Part shown: one piece after another, positions 11,865 to 24,900 of the stretch
How positions within the stretch are numbered: position 1 is the first letter of the stretch
Layout: each line of letters opens with the position of its first letter
Source: Styela clava
Taxonomy: Eukaryota
Direction: 5' to 3'
DNA length: 64,000 bases
NCBI RefSeq assembly: GCF_964204865.1
Contig: NC_135253.1
Span: 11,284,001-11,348,000 of the forward strand
Made by a program: the position numbers and the translations under genes
The notes under the pieces: generated by a model
Told to the model about the DNA's origin: nothing
The model's database searches: none
Seen by the model: the letters and a program-made list of their open reading frames with translations, nothing else

Positions 11865-12512
11865 GTAGGGGAAAGGTTGGGACACTTTTTTTCTTTTTCA
11901 TATTTTGAGCCCTTTATTCTGCACATTCATATGACTTTGCGGGATTAATGCAGAGAGGGGTAAATGTAGTTTTTATTCAGCGACTAATAAATTTCTTTGC
12001 GACACACATCTTACCACAAAAATGCTTTGAAAAGCGTTTGTCAAGTGTCCCACTGTACCCCACTTGTGGGGCACATTCGGACAGACCCTGGAGCACACAT
12101 TCTGTTAAAATTCAACGAAGTATGCCCTAAAATAAGCAATCAACCAGCATACTCGTCTAAAGAACAGGGAGACCTCAAATTTGAAAATTTAAGATTTTTA
12201 AAATCAATGTTCAACCGAAATATTTCAGATGTTTCACCAAACCCCGGTCCCACTGAACCCCGGTCCATTGTTCCCCATAATCAACAAATATCTTCAGATC
12301 ATCCCACGGCGAAATTCGGAAGGCCCATCCACACGCTAACGTTATATATATTTCACAGTGGACTATAGCTGAAAGATATCAGACGGTGATTTGTCACGTT
12401 GAAAAGGCTGGATTGAAACATCAAACCGCGGACCGGATTCTGAATATAGTATTTGTGTGAGAGCTGATTTTCCACTGTGCCCCATTTCCCAACGTGCCCC
12501 ACCTTCCCCTAC
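11865..12512. mobile_element. MITE-like non-autonomous DNA element
   Basis: Imperfect terminal inverted repeats GTAGGGGAAAGGTTGGGACAC / GTGCCCCACCTTCCCCTAC; absent from duplication unit A. Confidence 0.65.
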
Positions 12513-13414
12513 TGATATAGCTAAGTTTGGCCTTGTCTATCGCAGCATTTGCGAGATTCAATTTCGATCACTGCAACTATGGTAAAGCTTCGCAGAAGAC
12601 ATAATGACAATTAGGTCAATCAATTCACTATTATTTTCTTGAATCACAACTGAAATCTGACAAAACTCGAAACTACAAAAACGAGGCAATGTTTGCAACC
12701 ATGCTTGAATATCTGCTTGAGCGACAGAAGTGTCTGAGCGGCTGAGTGAAGAAATTGCAATTGTTACGTGTTGCGTCATTGTTGACTTATTGCTGATTGG
12801 TTATAGTTACGGATATATACAAGGAAACTAATGCTTGGGGACTTCCATAAACGCTGTTCAGCGAATTCATACAGTAAGGAAGACAAAGCGTTGCCGGTAT
12901 ATTTTAGCCAACTAAAAGGTTAATTGTTGCAATATTTCAAATCTGCTGGCGTACCACTTGAAAAGCTCCCGCGTAACACTAGTGGTACGCGTACGACAGG
13001 TTGAGAACCACAGCTCTATGCGAATAAATACAATACAAGTGCACAGCGGCATGCAACAATAAAATTCCGCCACAAGCTCTGTGATTTAGCAAATACGTGG
13101 AACGTCACGTATTTCTCAATTGTTGTGGGTTTCTGTTTGGCAGCCAGATGAAGTAGGGGCAAGCTGTATATCGTGTTACTATTCCTAACTTATTGGACCT
13201 ATATATCGTATTATTATTATGTTGTTGTTTGGGGGCTCCCGAAGCGAACCAAGATGGCGGACATCGGAATGTAATATGTGTACTAAGTTAGGGTTAGGCC
13301 ATAATTTTAGGTATAAATACCACGGGAGGCTCTTGGCTAGTCTTCGAACTGATAATAGGACTAAAATAAGGGAAATTGGAAAAAAATTATCGCCTAACCC
13401 TAACCTGTTACACA

Positions 13415-13912
13415 CAGTGGCGGCGCGTCAATAGTGCCAACCGGGGCAATGCCCCGATTGTTTTTTCGGTATAATAAAAAATATTCGAAAAATACCTCAA
13501 TATCGGTTGCACAGACTGTCTACACTAGCCATGTTCTCCCGACATGGTTCATTTTTCGCTCGCAAAGCCTTCGCCGAACGTCGACGGGGCGACGCCGATT
13601 TTGCCCCGGTTGCTCATTGTATATCGTATTCTCTCTTTTATCTTCCACTCGCCGCGTTTGTCTCGTTTGTTTTCTGTTTCTTTTACTAAATCATCGGGGC
13701 TAGCCCCGAAATTATGACGACACAATGCCGACGTTTCTTACAACAACGTGTTGACATATTCACGCATTCCTTCTCGTTCGTTGGTTGCTTGAAGAGTTGA
13801 TAGTTTCCTCGCCTTCGTTTTTGTCGCTTGTTTCGCTATTTGAATCAGTTAGAGACCTTTAGTCCATTTGCTTTCGATTTTCCACATTCCTTTTGAGCTC
13901 CTCACTTCTTTC
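13415..13912 (+). mobile_element. 5' fragment (~500 bp) of the same hAT transposon as 2161-5005
   Basis: Near-identical to 2161-2668 starting exactly at the TIR CAGTGGCGGCGCGT; no right end seen. Confidence 0.9.
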
Positions 13913-14069
13913 TCAACTTATCATTTTCATCTAAGCATGCTAAATATATCACTATATTAATTGATTTTGTGAGCACTAAATCAACAGTATACAATCTATT
14001 CTAACCTAGTTAGTTACAAAGTTTTATTTCGCTACCGGCAGTCTCATTTTATTCTAAACAGCCGTTGGA

Positions 14070-14230
14070 TGCGAGAGAGAGAGCTAACTCGCCATGCCTA
14101 TTTTCTTTATATTTGTTGATCGACATCGCGACTACGGGAGAGAGAGAGGGCTAACTCGCCAGGTCTATTTTCTTTTTATTTGTTGATCGACTTCGAGAGA
14201 GAGAGCGCTAACTCGCCATGTCTTTTTTCT
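14070..14230. repeat. Three imperfect ~55-65 bp tandem units with (GA)n-GCTAACTCGCCA core
   Basis: GAGAGAG..GCTAACTCGCCA.G.CT.TTTTCTT occurs three times in tandem. Confidence 0.75.
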
Positions 14231-14684
14231 TCAATGTTTCAGCCTTTTTACCCAAATTTTGTTCATTTATTTTTCAATGTTAGTAGTAAGCTTTTTCTTA
14301 TTTTAATATCTCTTATCTTGCGTTCGTACCAATAAGATAAATCGCAGATAATATAGGCGTGAGTTCGGAGATAAAGGATAAAAGATAACAGCGGCCCAGT
14401 TTCATCCACTTATCTAAGAACTAGTTATCTTCGACCTATCTACGATTTTACGCCAGCCAGTATTACGACTTCTATTTACTACGATCTTCAACCTCAGAGC
14501 AACGATGAATTATATACCTATATAGGTATGTACGCATGAATTGTGCTTCTTCTGGTTTGACAAATGAAATAAACTCTCCCTCTCCTTCTACAGTTCTATC
14601 TGTCTATAGCTCTATTAGTGTAACTGTGCAGTGATTTCTGTCTACAAATATAAAATCAAATCACCTTCGAAAACGACGAAAAGC

Positions 14685-15884
14685 ATGTATACATATGAAC
14701 CTTTGAGAAAAGGTCCTGGATTAGACTTTCGTTCAACATTCACTTTTTCAAACACTGGGAAATCTGCTTCATCTGGGACTAAATATAGTGCTGTGTCTAT
14801 TGATATGGAACCAGAATTTCAGTATATGAATCCCTCTCATCCATGGTGGGTTACCATATGCACTGGTGCAGTCCAGTTTTTTGCATATTTTCTTTTTATA
14901 ATAACTTTGCCATTTTCAGCAATCGTTTGCTTTAAGATGGTACACCAATATGAAAGAATAGTCGTTTACAGGATTGGACATCTATTGCCACTCAAAGGGC
15001 CTGGCATTGTTCTTATTCTTCCTTGCATTGATCGGTGGAACAAAGTAGATTTACGTACCAAGGCTTTCAATGTTCCACCAACCAGAGTTTGTACTTCTGA
15101 TGGCGGATTAATTTTAATTGGTAGTGTTGTTCATTTTCGTGTGCAAAATCCTTTGCGTGCAAACAATAGTTTAAAAGATATGAATCACTCCATCAGAACA
15201 ATGGCACAATCAGCTATGTCAAAAATCCTGAGCAAAAAGCTTTTTTCAGAGGTGATGTCAAGTGGATCTCGTTACAATTATGACATTCAAACTGAGATTA
15301 ATGAAGTTGCTCGTGATTGGGGGCTCGAAATCGGAAGAGTAGAATTGTCTCAACCAGTTGCAGAAGTCTCCCCGCCTGTGCAACAAACTGGATTTCTCGA
15401 TAAATTAAAATCTGGATTCGGGGGAGGCGGTGATGTAATGGGCATGACGCAGCAGCTTTTAGGTTTTGCTGGAGCTGGTGGTTTAAACCAACAATATGCC
15501 AGTATGAATAAAGTCAGTGAGACATCTACAAATATACCAGTGGTTGATATAGAAAAAGAGGCAGGTGATCTAATCAATGCTGCTGGGAGTGTTATTGATG
15601 AAGATATGCTTTATAATGTTGATGCTGCATTTGAGATTAAACTTACTGATAATGGAAATTATTATTTTATCGACTTGAAGATTGGAGGAGGAAGTTGTGG
15701 CAAAGGTAGACTTCCTGTTGGTACACCTGACGCAACTTTGATTCTCAGCTTCAGTACGTTACATAAACTTTTGTCTGGAAAAATAGGAGCATTTTCTGCC
15801 TATAATAGTGGGAATTTAAAGTTAGAAGGTGATATCAAAACTGCAATGAGACTGGAAGAACTTGTGAATCATCTCAAAATATAA
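14685..15884 (+). CDS. STOML1: Stomatin-like protein 1 (SPFH/band-7 domain plus C-terminal SCP2 sterol-binding domain), single coding exon, 399 aa
   Basis: Membrane segment followed by YERIVVYRIGHL..KGPGIVLILPCIDRWNKVDLRTKAFNVPP. C-terminal SCP2-like PDATLILS...AYNSGNLKLEGDIKTAMRLE. First in-frame ATG at 14685; possible 5'UTR intron at 14526-14593. Confidence 0.92.
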   Translation: MYTYEPLRKGPGLDFRSTFTFSNTGKSASSGTKYSAVSIDMEPEFQYMNPSHPWWVTICTGAVQFFAYFLFIITLPFSAIVCFKMVHQYERIVVYRIGHLLPLKGPGIVLILPCIDRWNKVDLRTKAFNVPPTRVCTSDGGLILIGSVVHFRVQNPLRANNSLKDMNHSIRTMAQSAMSKILSKKLFSEVMSSGSRYNYDIQTEINEVARDWGLEIGRVELSQPVAEVSPPVQQTGFLDKLKSGFGGGGDVMGMTQQLLGFAGAGGLNQQYASMNKVSETSTNIPVVDIEKEAGDLINAAGSVIDEDMLYNVDAAFEIKLTDNGNYYFIDLKIGGGSCGKGRLPVGTPDATLILSFSTLHKLLSGKIGAFSAYNSGNLKLEGDIKTAMRLEELVNHLKI

Positions 15885-16851
15885 ATAGCCGTTTGTTGAT
15901 AATACAAAATTATCAAAAAATGTTAAATTACTTTCATTTGTGATGGCTGTATTTTGCCTAATTAAAGAGTGGAAATACGGTAGAACATACAACCAAGTCA
16001 CAACTCCTGTAGCTTGTCTGTAAAAAAAAAAACGAGTATCAGATAGGGTTTAGATTAGGTTTCTGCATGTAGTTTTTCTTCGATATTAGAAATGTTGCAA
16101 TTTCAAATACATTTTTGGTAGTTCGAATATCAAATTAACCGATTTGTATTATTCTTTAAATCAGAATTTTGCACTTGTTAATGAACTGTCAGTTTTTCAT
16201 ATTAATTTTACTTTTTTCTAAACTATTTCTTGCAAGTTCTTATATTGTTTCAATTTATTATATTAATGAAATACAATAAGGAGTGTATGATAATATGGAT
16301 TATGGATAATCTAATATAGCTAACTGTTGCTGTCTGATATTTCATCAATCTCAGTCAATATTATTTCCAAAAGATCTTGTTTTATATCTATCAAGCATTT
16401 TATGCTTTCATTAATCTTCAAAAATTACATTAATTAATGATAATAATAACTCTGAGATCCAATATTTCCATTGTTTTGTATGACTATTTTTCGAAAATTT
16501 GTTCAATGATTAATATGGTAATAAATATCTATTGATCTTTATTAATTTGTCACTTGACACTTGGTTTCACATTATCTCAACCCTAATTTTTCAAGTAGTT
16601 ATGCATTTGTTGTTGGGCAATCGTTTCTCCATAAGCAAACAAAATTTCAGATTTTTTTGAAAAGTATTTTCATGTATATACTGTGCTATCCTAAATGTCA
16701 TTGAAACTTCATTTTGTTGTTATTGATTTATTGACTGCATTTCTAGTACAAGGTATGTTTGTACTTTAGTAACCTACTTTTTTAATACATTTTTAGGTTT
16801 TTGATTGTGAACATCTAATTAACCCTTGTTACTATTTGCACATTATTCGAA

Positions 16852-17622
16852 ATGGCTGACAAAGAGGAAGACAATGCGGAGTTGGATTGTACAGGAGCAA
16901 AGCATTCTGTATGGTTGGTCAAAGTTCCAAAGTATTTAGCTACTATATGGAAAGAAGCACCTGGAGGTCAACCAGTTGGAAAATTACGCATCGGAAAAAC
17001 AATGGGAAGAACTCAAGTTTCATTCAATCTTGATGAATCATTGGCAAAAGAACATCCTACAAGTAAAGATTCTGTTCCTACAGAACACAAGTTCTCTTTG
17101 CAAGGCATGGGGAACCAGAGCTTAGCTGTGTTCTCACAAATACCTGGTGTAGGCCCAGGAGGGAGCGAAAAACGAGCTATTGAGGGACGAATAGTTCAAA
17201 AAGCTGATTGTATGCCACAAGGTGGTCAAAAGTATATGAAACTCAAAATGACTCAATTTGAAGTTGCTACAAAACCAACCAGAACTGTAAAACAGCTTGA
17301 CACTGCAGTAAGAAGTGTCTATAAGCCGGTATCAAGAATACAAGAAGAAATAGCTAACGATAAACGGCAAAAAGCAGAAGGAAAGCGTATCAGAGGTTCA
17401 AAAGAACAAGTCATGGCAAAGCTTTTCGAAGCATTTGAAAAACATCAATTCTACAGTATTCAAGATTTAGGAAAAATAACAAAACAACCGATAACTTTCC
17501 TTAAAGAGATATTGCGAGAGATTGGACATTATAATTTAAAAAATCCACATAAAAATATGTGGGAATTAAAACCTGAATATAGACATCATGAAACCCCGAA
17601 AATGGATGTAGATTCTGATTAA
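16852..17622 (+). CDS. GTF2F2: General transcription factor IIF subunit 2 (RAP30), single coding exon
   Basis: VWLVKVPKYL near the N-terminus; C-terminal winged helix LFEAFEKHQFY..QDL..ITKQP..FLKEILREIG.YNLKNPHKNMWELKPEYRH. Confidence 0.97.
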   Translation: MADKEEDNAELDCTGAKHSVWLVKVPKYLATIWKEAPGGQPVGKLRIGKTMGRTQVSFNLDESLAKEHPTSKDSVPTEHKFSLQGMGNQSLAVFSQIPGVGPGGSEKRAIEGRIVQKADCMPQGGQKYMKLKMTQFEVATKPTRTVKQLDTAVRSVYKPVSRIQEEIANDKRQKAEGKRIRGSKEQVMAKLFEAFEKHQFYSIQDLGKITKQPITFLKEILREIGHYNLKNPHKNMWELKPEYRHHETPKMDVDSD

Positions 17623-18933
17623 CGAACATCAAAGTATGAAACATTCAAAATACTTCTGTTTAACTGTTGTCATAAGATACCTTCAGCATATGTATTGCTG
17701 TAGTATAACCGAATTAGCTATGTCACAAGCTTCTGAGAAAATCGCATTTTTGTAATTTTCAGATCTGTACAGCCTAACCTAAAATGCACTACCTGGAATG
17801 AGAGCTGAAACAGGTATAGCTTTGAAATCCAGACCAAGCGATTTCCCCTGGTCCATAATGACATAAGATTATAAATTGTCAATCACTGAAATATAGGTTA
17901 CTTTGTGTTTACTGTGGCGATATTATAGTTTTCCTGGTTTAAAATCTTTTTAATAAAACTAGAATAGGTTTTTGCTGAATTTATGTAACACTGTATTAGG
18001 AGAAAAGAACGAGAATTTTTTTGTTCAAGTATCTCCAGTGTGCACAATCATCCATTCTTGTTTATATACTTTACTTACCATATTTTATTTGCTGAGTCAG
18101 AAATGTCGGTGATTCGCGAAGATTTGAGGTTTTTCAATTACTTCTACGGAAATGGAATGAATTATTCAATTTTGTCTACCCTCAAACTGTTTTTGCATGA
18201 ATGTATTAATGTAGCATTGCATTTATGTTTTAGGAAACTAGGACATTTTGCTCAAAGGTTTTGTCCTCTCTAGAATATGTACCCAATGACCTCCTCGCTG
18301 TTGGAGACAGACTTGTATACATTGCGGGAAATTGTAACTCACTCACTTGCTGAAGCATTTTCAAATAAGTAATTAGGGAATTTATGGTTTCATTTTTTTT
18401 TTCGGTGACCCTTACCCTTAAAATTGTTTTTGTTTGTTGTCGAAACCGGCTTACGTATTTCAAAACCATCATTTTAGTGCGAAGTATTCATCCACCTGCC
18501 ATTTAAATTTACCACCAGCTAATTTTAGCCAGTCCATCGTAGCTGAGTTACATTTAAAGTTTGCCATGAATACGAGATAATGTTTACAAGTTTACAACCG
18601 TTCCTAAAAGTTTCTGAGTAAAAATTTGATTTTGTTTTCCATATGTTTCCTTTACATATGTAGCCCGGTTGCACTGTGTTTGAAGCATTCGACTTATCCC
18701 ACCCAGAGTGTAATATATTTGGTTGGCAATGCCGAGCTGGAGGGATTTCAGCCCTTTCTAGTCGTGGCAAGGTATCTCTTGTCATAACTTCATAAGTACA
18801 TCAATCCTAGCGTGTGTCTGATAATTATTTAATATTTATGTTCTATTTCTAGTATCAAGTTTAATAGTTCATTTCTAATAGAAATGTAATATACCTGAAT
18901 TAAATTCCAACAATCAACATCATTCTTATTGTA

Positions 18934-21900
18934 ATGGCTTCTATATTCAATCAATATGAGGCAACTATTTCACATAATGAATCGACGAACCCATTTGAGG
19001 CTTCAAACAGGAGCAGAAGGCCTGAACCGGTTGCTAGTGGATATGTCAATGCAAGAGTTGCAGATGAGACACCAATATTCACAAAGAGCAAGGTTTGTAG
19101 GATAAGTTTAACTTGAAAAATTGGTGTTTTGCTAAGAATAGTTGGTAATTCTATCATTTCAGTGTTCAAACTTTGTGCTTACTTTTAAATGGATTCAGTA
19201 TAGATAATATTCATGTGTTTTCAGATAAATTTCAAACCCCAAGGACCTATCACGCATCTTGAAATCAGCAACAACAGATTATGTATGATCATGTCAGGAA
19301 GAATTTTACTTCGGATCAATCTTGAGAAACCTGAAGATCAGGAAGAAGTAAGATTTTCTGATGTGTAACTTTTATTGCGAAGTGCAACTCTGATATACCT
19401 AATGACTTCTAGTCCGCTATATCCAAAATCTGGCTTTCTACGAAAACAAGACTATGGAAAAGAGGAATTCAAATATTGGCCATCGGGTCAGAAATACTTT
19501 TATCCAACTTAAAGAACCAGCTCCAGCTAGTTGTTGACTCTGTGACAAAAATGTTGCTATTAGCTCTGCAGTGGCAATCTGAATTTCCATTTTCATTCTC
19601 GACTTTGGGCAATACAAAATTTTTTACTCACTGTAATCACTGTATGGCCATGTTGGTCCACGTTAACCCAAGCCGGAATGGAATATGTGAATGTAATTTG
19701 CATTTTTGATATTCAAATATACCTAATTACAACCATAAAATCCGTGTATCATGTAATTTTGACTTCATAAATTTTTATATTATTAGGTTGAAATCACCAG
19801 AGGAGATGACAAAGTATACAAGCTATTTCTGGATCAAACAGGATCACATTTGTTGATTGAAATGGCATCACAGGATACAGTTTTCTTTTCCAAGACATCG
19901 AAAAAACCTAAATCTTTGTCAAAATTCAAAGGTGTAAAATCTTTGTGTATATGTGTTTCATAATATCCTTACTTGCCCATGTTGATAGGTTCCCACCAAC
20001 TTTTGTGTGAATAGTTCTTATATACTAGTACCATTAATTATATATAGGCCTACCAATATTTATGATTAAAATGTAGAAATTTCTCTACTAGACAAGATCT
20101 AATTTGCAGAATTTCATAAAGTTTTCAATTAATTTGGGTTAATAAGCTACTAGATGATAAATTTAATCTTAGAGAATTCAATGACCTTGACAACTTTAAC
20201 ATATCTCTGAATTTATGGTTCGGGTATCGATGGGACGAACTACTTATCCTTTTTTCTGTGCGTTTGCATCGATGGATCTTCTTGCATGCAATCGAGCTGT
20301 TCTAAGTGATTCAAAACTATTGAATCACTTAGAATAAGTTATTTACCAAGACAGAACTAATTGTATAATACCAAGTTTTTCTTCATTTAGGTCACAGAAT
20401 TGAAAGTATAGGTTGGAATAGACAGCATATTATGGAGGCTAGCAATACTGGAACTACTGGTCCTGTACTGGTGGGCACCAGTAGGGGATCAATAATGGAA
20501 TGTTGTATAGAGTCTGGGGAAGATACAAAGTTTTTTGGAGGAAGTGTGGATCAATATTTGAAACAGTTATTTTGTTTGGGAAAAGGAGATTCCAGAGGTA
20601 ACTTTACCTATAGTATTTGTCCACAAATCAAGGCTCTGGAGTTGTCGACCTCGGGTTAAAAAAAATGTTGGCTTTGTCCGGACTCATGTTAATGATAATT
20701 CGACTCGAATGGGGCCTTCTGGAAGGCTCTTTTGGGGTCATTTCTATAATAAATTCCCATATAGTAAAAAATTTTTTTTTTAGCTTTGAATGGTTCATTA
20801 TTAAATGTTATTTACATACTTCATTTCTACAACACATAAATAGGCTACTTTTTCCAATCTGCTCAAATATTGAAAATAAATCTTTTTGTCAACTACAAAT
20901 TTTTTATGTATTTTTCCACAATGACAAGTATAGGAAATACAGATATAAAGGCCCTTCGGAAAGCCCTATGCCGGAATATCATTATGAAAAATTTAGTCTC
21001 TGACTCCAACTCCCAACTATGGAAAAATCCCATTGTGAAAACTAAACATGGGCGTATGCAAGCCTTATTTACGGTTCCTGATTATATCAATAATTCAATG
21101 TGTGCCTAAAAGTGTATTCTAGTAATAGGCCTACTAAATAAGTAAAGAATATTGTAATCTTAAATGCACATTTTCCTTTCCTAAGACAGTGAAATTATTT
21201 CCAGGGGAGGATTTCTATCTACACTGGAAAACACTATGTTATTTGTGATATTTATCATTTTTAGATTGTTCAATCACTGGACTCGAATTCAATCCATTTC
21301 CCGCCAGAGGTGGGGATCGTCCGACCAAATATCATATTCTTGCTACAACTCGTACAAGACTTTATCAATTTGTTGGAAGAATTAATCCAAACAGTGGAGA
21401 AATTCCTGTATTTCAAGTAAGATTCCTTAAAACAAATGTTATTGATATTTAATTAGATTTCTTTATACCAATATCCAGCTACATAATATTTTTCTATATA
21501 CCTATTTACGTAACATAATCATAATAATTCTGAAATATAGATAAGGCAACCTCTTTGATTTTCACTCAATTACAAGTTGATTTGATCAACTTTTTTTTAG
21601 AATATATTCACACCGTATGACAATGGACCACCAAGATTCACTGATCTCCCTGGTGGTGGTGGATGGAGTCAACTCGCATTATTTTATAAAACAAAATCTA
21701 GAACATGTAAGTAATTTTTCATATTCGAGTTAGGAATTCCATACTCATCCCAAGGAGAGAAAAGCCAATAAGATGGTTAATCATATTTCGCACCACAGCC
21801 TCTTGTCGGTTACCAGTCCATGTCAGGTATGGGGTTATTCAGACAGGTATTTGTTTCATATGCATGGACTTGATGGTGAAGGAAGCTGTACCTGTACATC

Positions 21901-24900
21901 GGTTATGTGACAGGCTGACAGCGAGGTGAGGAGGATTCATTCCAGCAGGATTCAAACCTGTGAACCCACACAGGTTAATTTTTGATTAGTAATATTTAAT
22001 GAATCTACTTATTTTTGCATTGTTGCTATATGTTTTATATTGTTTTGTTTCTTTAGCTATTCCTACTCAGTTTGCATGGATGGCATCACCTGGTGTATAT
22101 TTTGGTGACATAACTGTTCCTGCTGTTGAAGATTCTACATCACTTCATCATTTATCCATTGTCGCAAATGCAAGATTGATTTCTTACCCTGATAAAGGTA
22201 ATGTATGCAGATATAATAAAATGTTCTTTGTAAAATTTTTCACAAATGTGGTTCGGTATGAACACCATCACACCCGGTTATCTTGCAGGTATTAGCATTT
22301 GAATTGCTGGACTCCTTGCCATCGTAGGCAAGGAGGAAGTAACTACTAGTCGCTTTGGGCTTCCTTTGTCATCAGTAATCACCATGCATCCGAAACAAAT
22401 AACTGGTTAATTGTTTCTTTATCTGACATGCACTGGTGAGCGGACGAGATGTCGTGGGTCACCATATATATGATCAAGCCATTTTCTCGAATTTTCTCTC
22501 TTTTGAGATAAAATAGGAAAATTCTAGCTTATCCTTTTATATAACAGACACAAATAGTAATTTTGTCAAGTTATACAGATTGGGTAAAAGTGTAATTATG
22601 CATCCAAATTCTTTTAAAAACCTTTGTGACCCTACCATATACTATTTTATATATTTTTAGAGATTGAAAAATGAACTTGTTCGGATTTGAGTACCAGATG
22701 TCAAATTCTTTGTCCATCTGTGTTTAAAATAAATTATACAATATTTCACCCTCACAAGTCACCATTCTAATTTAGGATCAATATTGTTTAAGCATGAAGT
22801 GTACATATGAATAGTCTTGCTGGATTGTTGATAGGAACTAAATTTTCTCTGCAACTGATCGACCATTTAATTTTCATTTTTCATAAGATGGAAGTCTCTG
22901 GGACAGATTTTTTTCTGAGTCCTGAAGTTTTGTCAAAAATCTTCAAATAAATGAAACTCCTTTTATTCCATATTTCATGACTACCATCATTTTGCTTGTC
23001 TGCCGAGTGCCAATATTTGTAGAGAAGCAGATTCTTCCAGGCCTCACCATCCTGATATTGATAGTTGAATCCATATATTTTAGCTTTGCTCTTTTGTTTG
23101 ACGATGTCTTTATTTTTAGAATCTGACAGCAGCAATCCATTTGCACCTCACACTGACCCAGCCGAAGAAGTATTAGGAATAGCATTGACTGAGTTTCATC
23201 TTCTCGTCCTATATTCTGATCGTGTTAAGGCAATATGTACGTTGAATGAACAAGTTGTTTATGAAGATATCTATTCTTCAAGGTAAGATCATACAAAAAA
23301 CAAGTATAGGAAATCTACAAATGATAAAAACTACCTCCGAATACATGTGTATGAAATGAAAAAAAATACATGGTGACTCAAAAAAAGAACACACAAATTT
23401 CCCAATTAGTTCTACGAAAAGGGAGTGAATTTTTTGGTTTTTTTCTATGTTGAACTTCTTTTTGTGTATGATTATAGCCAAAAGTTTCAGAAATCTGGAA
23501 CATTTTGCACAAAAGTTAAGTTTTTTTTAGCAAGTGCAAACAAAATTGAATATTTTTTTTTCATTTTCCTGGAAGAAATTAGGAAATTTATGGATCAACC
23601 CGAAGATAAAATTTTATTTCAAAATTAAGAATAACAAATACTATTGGAATTAATAAATAGAAGCTTTTCTGGTTAGATTATTTATTTCATATTTCTTTCA
23701 ATCCCCCCTATTTCTAACCTTATGCAATACAGTTTTATTGTTCATTTGTTGAAGGTTTGGATCGATACTAGGTTTGATCAAGGATGAAAAAAAGGGATCG
23801 ATATGGACTTTTACAGATCGTGCAGTTTATAAGTATAAGGTAATTCAGCTATATTTCATCATGATATGTTTACAATATTCATGTAATACTATAGTCAAAT
23901 CATCTAAATTCAGTATTGATACACCGTGATCTGCATCTCTGTTTCCTGAATTTGCCTTGCTCAAAATAAAATCATAGTATAAGCCTAAATTTTATCAATA
24001 CTAAATGAATACACTCAGATTATTCAGGTTTGAAGCTGAAAAAAGGGTTGAATAAATTGAAAAAGTACCTAATCTAAGCACTTTTTTATCCTATTTTCGG
24101 ATCATAACTAGAGATGTACCGATACCACTTTTGTCGCCGATACCGATCCGATACCAGCTAAAAATGCCGATATTACCGATACGCCATGACTACAAAAATG
24201 CCGATATTACCGATATTCCGATACCGATACTATGTAATTAATATTTAATTAGGGGTGCTGTGTAGGGCAGACGGGTTAAAACAATGGTCTCTGAGCGTTT
24301 TTCTTAGTACACATTATTTCAGATCGAAAAAAAAGATATATCACATAATATGAAATTAATGTTTGGTGTTTGCTTCAACTGATTAAGATACATTGTACAG
24401 TAACGCTATTAATCTCGGTGTTCAATTAGAAAACTCATAAGCCGGGACGTCCAATTTGAATTTAATGTTAATATCGCGACTTTCGAATATCGTTTTTCGT
24501 GTTTAAAAGAATATCGAATATCACCTACACATTCTAGCGCCGCCGTCCTACGTTCAAATTAATAGCATTTTACAAATATTTTATTTCGTGGCTAATCGTA
24601 ATCGTCGACGCAATAAGTCAAAGCCAACATAAAAGAATATCAATTAGCACCGACAAAAAGAAGGCCTACCTATAACCGTCGAGGATGTTTTTTTACTTTA
24701 CTAGTTTTGTAGTTTATAATATTTTACAATTGCTATCATATATTTTGAGACAGTCTAGGGCTAGGCGGTCATGTCAATATATCTATAAAGTAATTGTGTA
24801 GTTAAACAAAATTAAAATTAATACCTGCGTAGAGGAATAATTGTGTCGGAATATAGTTTATCGATGTCGACGGACTAAATGACACTCGTACTTGACGACA

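Larger units (their letters stand above)
8106..13225. repeat. Tandem segmental duplication, unit B
   Basis: High similarity with small indels to 1-6690; for example 8110-8160 matches 1-60 and 13038-13195 matches 6507-6655. Confidence 0.9.

Noticed and set aside
13288-13405. TTAGGGTTAGG / CCTAACCCTAA telomere-like motifs
   Set aside because: Only about two units each, arranged as an inverted pair inside a dispersed repeat; not a telomeric array or telomerase RNA.
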